Of a stretch of DNA of 64,000 nucleotides, positions 53,804 through 64,000 are shown one piece after another. Position 1 is the first letter of the stretch, and each line of letters begins with the position of its first letter. The stretch is from Bdellovibrionales bacterium (GTDB lineage Bacteria; Bdellovibrionota; Bdellovibrionia; Bdellovibrionales; JAUICD01). Under the pieces are notes generated by a model. It was not told the DNA's origin. It did no database searches and saw only the letters and a program-made list of their open reading frames with translations. Made by a program: the position numbers and the translations under genes. Where the stretch lies: assembly GCA_965262715.1 (NCBI GenBank), contig OZ253553.1, positions 2,848,001-2,912,000 on the forward strand, written 5' to 3'.

Positions 53804-55540
53804 ATGAATCATCTAGATGAGATAAGGAAAGATTTAACACATAAGTTTGATGTTTCTCAATTTCAATTTCAAACAGAATGTGATGATGATGTTCTGACAA
53901 TTCCATGCGATCAAGTCTATGGTGTTGTAGAGCATTTTAAAAAAACAAAAAGATTTGATTTCTTGATGGATGTATGTGGAGTTGACTTATTAGAGCACCC
54001 TCATTTCACGTCATCACAGGCAAATGGTTCTACTCAGTCATCAGATGTCTCACAAAAAGGACGATTTCATGTAGTATATCACTTCTTCTCATCTCAGAAC
54101 TTTCATCGCTTGCGGCTCAAAACAAAATTACCATCTCATCCTAAGGTCAAATCAATTACTCCTTTATGGAAAGGAGCTAACTGGTTTGAGAGAGAAGCTT
54201 ATGATATGTTTGGTATTGAATTTGACGGACATCCTTATTTAGAAAGATTGCTAACGCATCATGAATTTAAAGGGCATCCTTTACGTAAAAATTACAGTTC
54301 AGATCAGCAGCAGCATTGCTATTCTGTTAAGCCACTTCATTTTGAAAACGATGCTACATACATTAAAGACCCTCATAAAAACTTTGTTTCTTTAAACATT
54401 GGACCTTCACACCCCGCCACTCATGGAACTTTAAGGATTATGGCAGAACTGGATGGAGAGGTTGTTCATCGAGCTAATGTAGAAATTGGTTTTTTACATC
54501 GCTGTTTTGAAAAAATGGCTGAGACTCATCATTACAATCAAGTGATTCCCTATACAGATAGACTTAACTATTGTTCTGCTCCAATGAACAATGTAGGTTA
54601 TTGCAAAGCTGTTGAAAGATTGCTAGACGTTGAAGTTCCTCCAAAAGCGCAAGCTATTCGCATTGTTTTGTGTGAACTAAGCCGTATTATTGATCACATG
54701 GTGTGTATTGGAGCTAATGCTGTAGACTTAGGAGCACTCACAAGCTTTCTTTATTTGTTTAATATGAGAGAGATGGTCTATGAGCTTTTTGAAAAACTTT
54801 GTGGCGCTCGATTGACGGTTTCTATGACACGTGTTGGGGGCATGGCCAACGATCCACCTGATGGTTGGTTTGATGATGTTTTAGAAACATTGAAAAAAAT
54901 TGAAAAAGGCATTGAAGAAATTGATACACTACTAACTCATAATAAGATTTGGATGAAAAGAACAAAAGGGATTGGCCAAATCACAACAGAAGAGGCTATT
55001 GCTTTTGGATACACAGGTCCTTGCCTGCGTTCTACTGGCATGAATTTAGATTTAAGAAAGGTTATTGGCTATTATGGTTATGACCAACTTGACTTTGATG
55101 TACCTGTAGGAACTTGTGGAGACGTATATGATCGCTACTTGGTTCGTTTAGAAGAAATGAGGCAGTCCATTAAAATTATTAAGCAGGTGGCAAATAATAT
55201 TCCAGAAGGAGACTTTACCATTCGTGATAAGCATATTGTGCTGCCAGACAAAAAAGATGTTTATGGAAATATTGAAGGTTTAATGAACCACTTTATGTTG
55301 GTTATTAAAGGATTAAAACCTCCTCAAGGAGAGTTATACGATATGACAGAGGCTGCAAATGGAGAGCTTGGTTTTTATTTGATCAGTGATGGAGAAGCAA
55401 AGCCTTATCGTTTGAAAGTCAGGCCACCTTGTTTTGCTATTTTTCAATCCTTTGCTAAAGCTATTGAAGGCAGCCTCCTATCTGATGTGGTTGCCATTCT
55501 TGGAAGCATGAATGTTATTGCAGGAGAGCTTGATAGATAA
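53804..55540 (+). CDS. nuoCD: Fused NADH-quinone oxidoreductase subunit C/D
   Basis: ANWFEREAYDMFGI..GHPLRK (C domain); NIGPSHPATHG..GELDR (D domain). Confidence 0.95.
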   Translation: MNHLDEIRKDLTHKFDVSQFQFQTECDDDVLTIPCDQVYGVVEHFKKTKRFDFLMDVCGVDLLEHPHFTSSQANGSTQSSDVSQKGRFHVVYHFFSSQNFHRLRLKTKLPSHPKVKSITPLWKGANWFEREAYDMFGIEFDGHPYLERLLTHHEFKGHPLRKNYSSDQQQHCYSVKPLHFENDATYIKDPHKNFVSLNIGPSHPATHGTLRIMAELDGEVVHRANVEIGFLHRCFEKMAETHHYNQVIPYTDRLNYCSAPMNNVGYCKAVERLLDVEVPPKAQAIRIVLCELSRIIDHMVCIGANAVDLGALTSFLYLFNMREMVYELFEKLCGARLTVSMTRVGGMANDPPDGWFDDVLETLKKIEKGIEEIDTLLTHNKIWMKRTKGIGQITTEEAIAFGYTGPCLRSTGMNLDLRKVIGYYGYDQLDFDVPVGTCGDVYDRYLVRLEEMRQSIKIIKQVANNIPEGDFTIRDKHIVLPDKKDVYGNIEGLMNHFMLVIKGLKPPQGELYDMTEAANGELGFYLISDGEAKPYRLKVRPPCFAIFQSFAKAIEGSLLSDVVAILGSMNVIAGELDR

Positions 55541-55763
55541 GCTTTATACAGAAGAGGGCTAGCAACAGGCTTAAAACTTAAAGGCTTTGATATCGAAAAC
55601 TCTCACTTTTTTACTTCTTAAGGAATTCTACTTACAACTTGAATCCAAAAATCATTATGTAAGTTTTACATCATTATGTAATTTTTACAATTTAAGACGT
55701 TTATCAATCATATTTATTGATAAATGTTCCTTTTCATGTTATTCACTCCTAATATTACTTTTT
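55419..55763. repeat. 345-bp direct repeat, left copy (target duplication)
   Basis: Matches 59848-60192; immediately abuts the IS end cctgacttcgacgg. Confidence 0.92.
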
Positions 55764-55865
55764 CCTGACTTCGACGGTTTAAACTTATAAGTTACTGGGA
55801 TCATTGGATGATACATTACATCATAGGCACTACAATTGATTTTTAGTTATGTATTAAGTGTATTT

Positions 55866-56115
55866 TTATTCAATAAGATAAGGTGTTGTAGAGTGCTTAA
55901 GTCCCATAATCTGATAGATTTTCAGAGCTTCCTTACTTATATTTGAAGGTATAGAGTACTTTCTGTTATTGGTTTGATCTACTAATAAACTATGCTGTAC
56001 ATGGATTAAAGCATTTCGTATAATTTCCGGTGAACAGGCTTCATATTGTATCTTCACTCTGTAAGCTAAGTGTCTTATACAGACTAAACAGATAAAAGCA
56101 ATGGCTATGTGTGCT
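55866..56115 (-). pseudogene. 3' fragment of IS1634 transposase
   Basis: AHIAIAFICLVCIRHL...STTPYLIE with a few substitutions relative to the full copies. Confidence 0.85.
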
Positions 56116-56217
56116 CCTGACTTCGACGGTTTAAACTCATAAGTTACTGGAATCACTAGATGATACATTACATCATAGGCACTACAATTGATTTTTGGTT
56201 ATGTATTAAGTGTATTT

Positions 56218-57879
56218 TTATTCAATAAGATAAGGTGTTGTAGAGTGCTTAAGTCCCATAATCTGATAGATTTTCAGAGCTTCCTTACTTATATTTGAAG
56301 GTATAGAGTACTTTCTGTTATTGGTTTGATCTACTAATAAACTATGCTGTACATGGATTAAAGCATTTCGTATAACTTCCGGTGAACAGGATTGGTATTG
56401 TATCTTAATTCTGTAAGCTAAGTGTCTTATACAGACTAAACAGATAAAAGCAATGGCTATGTGGGCTTTGATTCGATCTGATGTCCAGTGAAATATAGGA
56501 CGTATTTTTAAATCATGCTTAGCTATCCGGAATGTTTCTTCGACTTGCCATAACCCCTTATATTGGCTAATAATGTCTAAATCATCCATATCTTTGAGGT
56601 TTGTTATGACTCCAAACAAACCATCCCACTTTTGATCTTCTTTGACTCGATTTTCATTGACTGAAAGCTTTTGTTTCTTGCCTGTGACTTTTAAATACTT
56701 CTTATAACCGTAATTGTTTAATAAAGTCTTCACATCTTGAGCCTTTGAGAGTTTCTTAACTAAACTATCTATAGTTTGTTGACGATCATGTCGATCTTTC
56801 TCCGCTCTCTTATAAGAATAACAAACTATCACTTTCCTCTTATTATCTTTATCTTCTAATGATTGAATCTTGAAACCTTCTTGTTTACTGACAATTTTGT
56901 ACTTTGACTTATCTAATACAAGCTCTTGTTTTACTTTTGGTAATTTCTTAAGCTTAGCTCCTACAATATAATGAAGATTCTCATCTTCTAGTGCTTTTAA
57001 ATTATCTTCACTTAACATTCCTCTATCAGCGACATAAATAGCTTGTTCTAAGTTATATTTAGACTTCATCTCTTTTATCACTGGATTTAAGGTATGACCC
57101 TCGAAGATAGCACCCGGGAAAGTCTCGTAACTGACAGGAAAACCTTCTTTGGTCACAACGACTGCTAAACACACTTGAGATTCTTTAAACTTAGCATCTT
57201 TACTGTAACCTCTTTGTCTTAAATCATCTTCAATAATTGATTCAAAATACAGTGTCGTACAATCAAAAAACAAAACTTTCAAAGGCTCTTTAAAAACCTT
57301 TTGTGCCACTTGACCTGCCAGTCTCTTTATCTTATCTATCCTTTTGCTATCTAAACGATCCATCATGCGATAAATCTTCTCTAACGAAATATGAACTCCA
57401 AAATCCTCTTCTAAAAATCGACTGCTCTCTCTTTTACTTTGAGGATTAGCTATCCGAGCCATCACTGTATGAAATAAAACCCAATGTGATGAATGATAAC
57501 GACTCACTGGTAAAATGCGATCTAAACCTAATTCCTTGTACATAGCTCCATAAACCTCATGAATACCTACAATGACTCTTTGATCTTCCCTTAGTTTCTT
57601 AAGATCTACTTTTAAGGGTTTATTGCAATGACGAAACTTGGACTCAATCACTTGTTTAGAAATCTCTTCCGGAGCAAAAAAAGATAATTGATTTTCATTT
57701 GTTAGTTTAGCTTTGATGAATTCTCCAAGCTCTTGAAGACGAAATAGCTCATCCTCATCTTGAGCCACTCCGACATGACGGATGATCTTTTGGCGAACTT
57801 TATTGCCATAACGGATAGAATCAACGATCTGAACTGACTGCCTTGGACTGTTTGGTGTGCTTTTGATTCTTACAAACAT
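56218..57879 (-). CDS. IS1634-family transposase
   Basis: FFDCTTLYFE, YVADRGM, WQVEETFR..KHDLKIRPIFHW..RIKAHI. Confidence 0.92.
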   Translation of the reverse strand: MFVRIKSTPNSPRQSVQIVDSIRYGNKVRQKIIRHVGVAQDEDELFRLQELGEFIKAKLTNENQLSFFAPEEISKQVIESKFRHCNKPLKVDLKKLREDQRVIVGIHEVYGAMYKELGLDRILPVSRYHSSHWVLFHTVMARIANPQSKRESSRFLEEDFGVHISLEKIYRMMDRLDSKRIDKIKRLAGQVAQKVFKEPLKVLFFDCTTLYFESIIEDDLRQRGYSKDAKFKESQVCLAVVVTKEGFPVSYETFPGAIFEGHTLNPVIKEMKSKYNLEQAIYVADRGMLSEDNLKALEDENLHYIVGAKLKKLPKVKQELVLDKSKYKIVSKQEGFKIQSLEDKDNKRKVIVCYSYKRAEKDRHDRQQTIDSLVKKLSKAQDVKTLLNNYGYKKYLKVTGKKQKLSVNENRVKEDQKWDGLFGVITNLKDMDDLDIISQYKGLWQVEETFRIAKHDLKIRPIFHWTSDRIKAHIAIAFICLVCIRHLAYRIKIQYQSCSPEVIRNALIHVQHSLLVDQTNNRKYSIPSNISKEALKIYQIMGLKHSTTPYLIE

Positions 57880-57996
57880 AAAAATAATTTAATGCTTATT
57901 AAAAAAAAAGTCAAAATAAAAATAAAAATAATCTGACTTGGTGTGTTACTAGGCACTACATCGAAAACTTACTCCAAAATCCTATAACCATCAATG

Positions 57997-59691
57997 TTAC
58001 AAAACCAATACCAAACTTAAACCGTCGAAGTCAGGAATAAGATAAGGTGTTGTAGAGTGCTTAAGTCCCATAATCTGATAGATTTTCAGAGCTTCCTTAC
58101 TTATATTTGAAGGTATAGAGTACTTTCTGTTATTGGTTTGATCTACTAATAAACTATGCTGTACATGGATTAAAGCATTTCGTATAACTTCCGGTGAACA
58201 GGATTGGTATTGTATCTTAATTCTGTAAGCTAAGTGTCTTATACAGACTAAACAGATAAAAGCAATGGCTATGTGGGCTTTGATTCGATTTGATGTCCAG
58301 TGAAATATAGGACGTATTTTTAAATCATGCTTAGCTATCCGGAATGTTTCTTCGACTTGCCATAACCCCTTATATTGGCTAATAATGTCTAAATCATCCA
58401 TATCTTTGAGGTTTGTTATGACTCCAAACAAACCATCCCACTTTTGATCTTCTTTGACTCGATTTTCATTGACTGAAAGCTTTTGTTTCTTGCCTGTGAC
58501 TTTTAAATACTTCTTATAACCGTAATTGTTTAATAAAGTCTTCACATCTTGAGCCTTTGAGAGTTTCTTAACTAAACTATCTATAGTTTGTTGACGATCA
58601 TGTCGATCTTTCTCCGCTCTCTTATAAGAATAACAAACTATCACTTTCCTCTTATTATCTTTATCTTCTAATGATTGAATCTTGAAACCTTCTTGTTTAC
58701 TGACAATTTTGTACTTTGACTTATCTAATACAAGCTCTTGTTTTACTTTTGGTAATTTCTTAAGCTTAGCTCCTACAATATAATGAAGATTCTCATCTTC
58801 TAGTGCTTTTAAATTATCTTCACTTAACATTCCTCTATCAGCGACATAAATAGCTTGTTCTAAGTTATATTTAGACTTCATCTCTTTTATCACTGGATTT
58901 AAGGTATGACCCTCGAAGATAGCACCCGGGAAAGTCTCGTAACTGACAGGAAAACCTTCTTTGGTCACAACGACTGCTAAACACACTTGAGATTCTTTAA
59001 ACTTAGCATCTTTACTGTAACCTCTTTGTCTTAAATCATCTTCAATAATTGATTCAAAATACAGTGTCGTACAATCAAAAAACAAAACTTTCAAAGGCTC
59101 TTTAAAAACCTTTTGTGCCACTTGACCTGCCAGTCTCTTTATCTTATCTATCCTTTTGCTATCTAAACGATCCATCATGCGATAAATCTTCTCTAACGAA
59201 ATATGAACTCCAAAATCCTCTTCTAAAAATCGACTGCTCTCTCTTTTACTTTGAGGATTAGCTATCCGAGCCATCACTGTATGAAATAAAACCCAATGTG
59301 ATGAATGATAACGACTCACTGGTAAAATGCGATCTAAACCTAATTCCTTGTACATAGCTCCATAAACCTCATGAATACCTACAATGACTCTTTGATCTTC
59401 CCTTAGTTTCTTAAGATCTACTTTTAAGGGTTTATTGCAATGACGAAACTTGGACTCAATCACTTGTTTAGAAATCTCTTCCGGAGCAAAAAAAGATAAT
59501 TGATTTTCATTTGTTAGTTTAGCTTTGATGAATTCTCCAAGCTCTTGAAGACGAAATAGCTCATCCTCATCTTGAGCCACTCCGACATGACGGATGATCT
59601 TTTGGCGAACTTTATTGCCATAACGGATAGAATCAACGATCTGAACTGACTGCCTTGGACTGTTTGGTGTGCTTTTGATTCTTACAAACAT
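57997..59691 (-). CDS. IS1634-family transposase, second copy, C-terminus reads into the adjacent IS end
   Basis: Near-identical to 56218 copy (D->N at WTSxR); tail PDFDGLSLVLVL derives from the terminal sequence. Confidence 0.9.
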   Translation of the reverse strand: MFVRIKSTPNSPRQSVQIVDSIRYGNKVRQKIIRHVGVAQDEDELFRLQELGEFIKAKLTNENQLSFFAPEEISKQVIESKFRHCNKPLKVDLKKLREDQRVIVGIHEVYGAMYKELGLDRILPVSRYHSSHWVLFHTVMARIANPQSKRESSRFLEEDFGVHISLEKIYRMMDRLDSKRIDKIKRLAGQVAQKVFKEPLKVLFFDCTTLYFESIIEDDLRQRGYSKDAKFKESQVCLAVVVTKEGFPVSYETFPGAIFEGHTLNPVIKEMKSKYNLEQAIYVADRGMLSEDNLKALEDENLHYIVGAKLKKLPKVKQELVLDKSKYKIVSKQEGFKIQSLEDKDNKRKVIVCYSYKRAEKDRHDRQQTIDSLVKKLSKAQDVKTLLNNYGYKKYLKVTGKKQKLSVNENRVKEDQKWDGLFGVITNLKDMDDLDIISQYKGLWQVEETFRIAKHDLKIRPIFHWTSNRIKAHIAIAFICLVCIRHLAYRIKIQYQSCSPEVIRNALIHVQHSLLVDQTNNRKYSIPSNISKEALKIYQIMGLKHSTTPYLIPDFDGLSLVLVL

Positions 59692-59847
59692 AAAAATAAT
59701 TTAATGCTTATTAAAAAAAAAGTCAAAATAAAAATAAAAATAATCTGACTTGGTGTGTTACTAGGCACTACATCGAAAACTTACTCCAAAATCCTATAAC
59801 CATCAATGTTACAAAACCAATACCGAACATAAACCGTCGAAGTCAGG

Positions 59848-60192
59848 TCAGGCCACCTTGTTTTGCTATTTTTCAATCCTTTGCTAAAGCTATTGAAGGC
59901 AGCCTCCTATCTGATGTGGTTGCCATTCTTGGAAGCATGAATGTTATTGCAGGAGAGCTTGATAGATAAGCTTTATACAGAAGAGGGCTAGCAACAGGCT
60001 TAAAACTTAAAGGCTTTGATATCGAAAACTCTCACTTTTTTACTTCTTAAGGAATTCTACTTACAACTTGAATCCAAAAATCATTATGTAAGTTTTACAT
60101 CATTATGTAATTTTTACAATTTAAGACGTTTATCAATCATATTTATTGATAAATGTTCCTTTTCATGTTATTCACTCCTAATATTACTTTTT
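59848..60192. repeat. 345-bp direct repeat, right copy (includes duplicated nuoD 3' end)
   Basis: Matches 55419-55763. Confidence 0.92.
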
Positions 60193-60214
60193 AAGATGCA
60201 TAAAACTTATACGT

Positions 60215-60425
60215 CAGAGGCTTGCCTTGAGAGGCGTAATTCATTTTGGTAAAATAATATGATTTCCTTAACATGATGTAAAAAAACGAAGGGAATCTCC
60301 TTACTAAAATGCATCAAGCTTTCTAGGCAATGACCTATTTGCTGATGGCGTAAGACCATCAGGGTCATTGCCAGAAAGTCGCCAGAGGCTTGCCTCGAGA
60401 GGCGAGATGCATTTTAGTGAAAAAA
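60215..60425 (+). repeat. Structured hairpin element, copy H5 (60262-60425), preceded by a terminal fragment
   Basis: ttccttaacatgatgt tail; ctaaaatgcatc/gatgcattttag; ggcaatgacc/ggtcattgcc; ctgatggc-gtaa-gaccatcag. Confidence 0.8.
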
Positions 60426-60752
60426 GACGAGATGCATTTTAGTGAAAAAAGACGAGATGCATTTTAGTGAAAAAAGACGAGATGCATTTTAGTGAAAAAA
60501 GACGAGATGCATTTTAGTGAAAAAAGACGAGATGCATTTTAGTGAAAAAAGACGAGATGCATTTTAGTGAAAAAAGACGAGATGCATTTTAGTGAAAAAA
60601 GACGAGATGCATTTTAGTGAAAAAAGACGAGATGCATTTTAGTGAAAAAAGACGAGATGCATTTTAGTGAAAAAAGACGAGATGCATTTTAGTGAAAAAA
60701 GACGAGATGCATTTTAGTGAAAAAAGACGAGATGCATTTTAGTGAAAAAAGA
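60403..60752 (+). repeat. 25-bp tandem repeat x14 (cgagatgcattttagtgaaaaaaga)
   Basis: Perfect 25-bp period without spacers; the unit is the 3' terminus of H5. Confidence 0.95.
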
Positions 60753-60764
60753 AAGGATGAAAAA

Positions 60765-62966
60765 ATGAAATATAAAATAATATGTTTGTTTATATGGTTA
60801 TTGACCATAAGCCTGTCATTTTCTGTATTTTCACAAGATCAATTCAAACAAGATGAGATGGATAGGAATCTTTTACGTGTAGTTCGCACTGGCAATTTGG
60901 AAGAAGTTGAAAAATCTTTATTAGCTGTAGCCAATCCTAATGCTAAAGATGAATATGATCAAAACAACACAGCTCTTCACTATGCTGCTATGGAGGGGCA
61001 TACAGCTATAGTAGAGATGTTGATTCGACATGGAGCAGATTCTTTAGCTGTTAATGATTTACACCAAACTCCTGCCATGGTGGCAAAAAGCAGATCTGTT
61101 ACCAACATGTTAAATCAATATGGAACATACTCCCCACCATCTCCTGAAATTCTCCGCCAACAGCAATTAGATGAACAGCTCATCAGAGCAACTATAAATT
61201 TTGATGGTTATGACAAAGCTATTCAAGCTTTATCAGAAGGAGCTAATCCCAATGCAACAGACGATAGAGAGGTCCGTATTTTATCACTGCGTTTAAGTAC
61301 AGGTCAGGTGATCTCTGTTGAGCAAAGATTTGGATGGGAAGGTATGCCTGTTTTATTTTTAAGTGTGATGCACAGTGGATATCAATTAGTTGAGGCCTTA
61401 ATCAGAAAGGGAGCAAATATTGACACTGTATTGACTGTTAATATTATAAAGAAGATCAATGTTTTATCGGAAGGTTTGTCTGTTAAAGATCCACAAACAC
61501 GTCAAGTACTACAACGTCATGGTGCTAGAGAGTTGCCTCCAGATGTCAATGAGCGTTCCATAACAGAACAACAAATGGATTCTAGCTTATTGGTAGCAGC
61601 AGCTCATGGGGATGTCCAACAAATATTAGAGCTTTTAGGGGCAGGAGCTAATCCCAATGCGGCCGACCACAATAACACAACAGCTCTGCACTGGGCAGCA
61701 AGCAGTCACAATGTGGATGCTGTTAGAGTGTTGATTGCTTATGGTGCTGATCCTAGTGCCATTACTGTTTTTGCTGAAACTGTTTTTGATTGGACAACAA
61801 ATACAGATATACGAAGTATATTAGGAAAACGTTCATCGACTTCTCTAGGTTTAACTTTGAATTCTTATTCCGATGTTTACATTTACACAACAAATGATCA
61901 CAGCCGGCAGGAACAACTTGATGATCAATTACGTCTTGCCATTCTTAGATATCCAGAGGCTTATAAAAGAAGGGCTATGGGTATAGATGATATAGGTGAA
62001 GCCATTGCTTTAGGTGCTGATGTCAATGCTATTTATAAAGACGTGAGAATAACTCAGCTTGGGGAGAGAATAGTTTCTATTTATACTCCTCTTCATCTGG
62101 CCATTCGAACTAACAATATTAAAGCTATACGGATATTATTAAGTCAAGGAGCCTCTATCACATTTCCTTATAGAATCTTTACCCTCTATCAAGGGCATGG
62201 CAACGACCAACAAGATTTTACAGGAGATCATCGAACACATTATGAAGGAATGCGCACAGGTTATGAAATTACTGTAGAGGCTTCAGCTATCAATCTGGCT
62301 CTTCAAAACGGAAATACATCTGCACAGCATTTAATAGAAGTTTTTAGAGATCATGACTCTTTGGATGTGAATATCCCTTTAAATCAAAATAGACAGACCC
62401 TTTTACACCAGGCTGCCCATGCTAATGATTCTTCTACTGTTTCTAGTTTATTACAGTTAGGAGCTAATCCTAATATGAAAGATCATCAAAATAGGCTTGC
62501 AGCACAGATCACGACACAGCCTGAAATTGAAGTGCTGATCCTCTCACATGAAGACTTTGAATCTTATGAGTTTACAGTAGATGAATTATATCAAATATAC
62601 GGAAAGCATTCACAGCTTTTGTTTGCTGTAGTCAAGTATGGATCTGTAGAGGCTGTAAAAGAAACTTTAACCACCATGCAAGCTCAAGGTGTGGATATAA
62701 AAAATATGGTAAATATGGTAGATACAAGTGGACGTAATTTTTTGCATTGGGCATCTCTTCGTGGTGATCTCACAATCATCCAGTTATTGATGTCAGTTGG
62801 TGTTTCTTCCACAGCACTTAATAAATCTGGCCAAACTCCTGTTGATGTCGCTAGAAGTAGTCAAGTGGCCAAGTTTATTAATGAATTTGTTACACCAAGC
62901 AGAGTATCTCAGGAATTAGCGATGGAAAAGTGCTTAACTTCTTTAACTGCTGGGCCTGGCAATTGA
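60765..62966 (+). CDS. Secreted ankyrin-repeat protein (likely start ATG 60765)
   Basis: aaagga RBS, MKYKIICLF..SVFS signal peptide, multiple TALHxAA/GAxPN ankyrin units. Confidence 0.88.
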   Translation: MKYKIICLFIWLLTISLSFSVFSQDQFKQDEMDRNLLRVVRTGNLEEVEKSLLAVANPNAKDEYDQNNTALHYAAMEGHTAIVEMLIRHGADSLAVNDLHQTPAMVAKSRSVTNMLNQYGTYSPPSPEILRQQQLDEQLIRATINFDGYDKAIQALSEGANPNATDDREVRILSLRLSTGQVISVEQRFGWEGMPVLFLSVMHSGYQLVEALIRKGANIDTVLTVNIIKKINVLSEGLSVKDPQTRQVLQRHGARELPPDVNERSITEQQMDSSLLVAAAHGDVQQILELLGAGANPNAADHNNTTALHWAASSHNVDAVRVLIAYGADPSAITVFAETVFDWTTNTDIRSILGKRSSTSLGLTLNSYSDVYIYTTNDHSRQEQLDDQLRLAILRYPEAYKRRAMGIDDIGEAIALGADVNAIYKDVRITQLGERIVSIYTPLHLAIRTNNIKAIRILLSQGASITFPYRIFTLYQGHGNDQQDFTGDHRTHYEGMRTGYEITVEASAINLALQNGNTSAQHLIEVFRDHDSLDVNIPLNQNRQTLLHQAAHANDSSTVSSLLQLGANPNMKDHQNRLAAQITTQPEIEVLILSHEDFESYEFTVDELYQIYGKHSQLLFAVVKYGSVEAVKETLTTMQAQGVDIKNMVNMVDTSGRNFLHWASLRGDLTIIQLLMSVGVSSTALNKSGQTPVDVARSSQVAKFINEFVTPSRVSQELAMEKCLTSLTAGPGN

Positions 62967-63078
62967 AAAAATGAAGTTAAGTAATCTTAATAAGTTAAGA
63001 CTTTTTTTTGGCAGTCATTTGTTCTTTACATTAAAGTACATTAAGTGGTAAAAGAAATTCAAAGTCTTAGTAGAGAAG

Positions 63079-64000
63079 GGTCTTGTTGCACAAAGATTTA
63101 AATAGTTTTTATTTTATTTATTTTTTAAGTAAGATTGTCATTTAATATTTTTTTATCAAAGAGAAGAAGGCACAATCATCTGATTAAGGATTTTACATTT
63201 AATAAACACTTCATTTGCTTGACGATGAAATTCTCTAGAAGATAATTTATCACCTAATAAAGTTTTAAATCTATACATAGCTGTTTCTGATATAGACCTC
63301 CTGTGATATTTATGCTTTTTTTTCCACTTCTTTCTACCCATCTTCTTGATTTCTCTAATATAAGTATCTCTAAGAAGCGGCGATCCTCGACAATTTCCAT
63401 GCCTCTTAATCACAGCATTCTTTCTAGGTGGAGCAACCAATTTTATACTTCTATCACTTGTAAACTGATAACAATTCTTACAGTCATAAGCCCCATCAAC
63501 TGAAACTTGGCCTATCTCATCTTCATATCCTGTCAATAACTCTTCAAAAACCTCATTATCCTTTACAGAATTATCACTTAAAACAGATGCCTTAATCTGG
63601 GAATTTGACTCATCTACCGCTAAATGTAGCTTCTTCCAGGTCCTTCTCTTAGAATACCCATGCTGACGGACTTTCCACTCTCCCTCCCCATAAACTTTAA
63701 GACCTGTGGAATCAATGACAATATGAGGATTCTTGTGAGAAGATAGCTTTCTTTCTAGTTTTACTGATAACTTCTGTAATCTTCTGCAAAGAGTTGTATA
63801 ATTAGGTATTTCTATATCAAGACACATAAGTTCAACTAGGGATTTAGCAAAACCTTCTGTAGATCGCAATTTTAAACCAAATATGAATCTTAATATATTA
63901 AGAGTTTCAATAGCTTTATCAGAGTAAACTTGTTGACCCCCTTGCTTTGAAGAACATTTTGCATACCAAGATTTGACGATATCTGCTGAAAACCAAAAAG
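63079..64000 (-). mobile_element. IS5-family (IS903-like) element with transposase, cut by window end
   Basis: End ggtcttgttgcacaaa at 63079. Transposase with PNYTTLCRR, IDSTGLKVYGEGEW, WKKLHLAVD, DGAYD, YHRRSISETAMYRFK; frame stays open from 63156 to the window edge. Confidence 0.92.

Larger units (their letters stand above)
55764..59847 (-). mobile_element. Nested/tandem IS1634-family composite
   Basis: Ends cctgacttcgacggttt at 55764 and 56116; aaaccgtcgaagtcagg ending 58035 and 59847; complete 1920-bp copy at 56116-58035. Confidence 0.9.

Noticed and set aside
55587..55790. ORF duplicated at 60016..60252
   Set aside because: Falls in the 345-bp target duplication, has a TTG start and no recognisable motif; likely spurious.
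60403..60752. CRISPR array
   Set aside because: The 25-bp units are head-to-tail with no spacers, and there are no cas genes in the window.
60717..60764. N-terminal extension MKKDEMHFSEKRKDEK of the ankyrin protein
   Set aside because: Derived from the 25-bp repeat; RBS and signal peptide point to ATG 60765.

Overview
AT-rich bacterial chromosomal window, most likely from a Bdellovibrionota/Bdellovibrionales-like organism. This is inferred from FQNC lipoboxes, RxPAS motifs and fused NuoCD; ankyrin and Cys-rich secreted proteins hint at host association. Housekeeping genes (dcd, recG, gspD-gspE, rlmN, rnhA, lon, dksA, fusA, groEL/ES, grxD-bolA, nuoB-nuoCD) are mixed with a type II R-M pair, two paralogous giant Cys-rich lipoproteins, orphan secreted proteins with sigma54-like promoters, and many mobile elements (IS1595 with TSD, nested IS1634 with a 345-bp target duplication, IS5, MITE-like remnants). 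The most unusual signal is a dispersed ~150-bp non-coding element at five loci. It folds into a conserved three-tier hairpin with compensatory base changes, strand-specific G-U pairs and usually a GTAA tetraloop. It is co-oriented with local transcription, is tandemly amplified together with neighbouring gene 3' ends (235 bp x8.6; 215 bp x2) or its own terminus (25 bp x14), and is entangled with four-helix-bundle (23S rRNA IVP/Avd-like) genes. Coordinates outside the ORF track were counted by hand and may be off by a few bases. No database searches were run.
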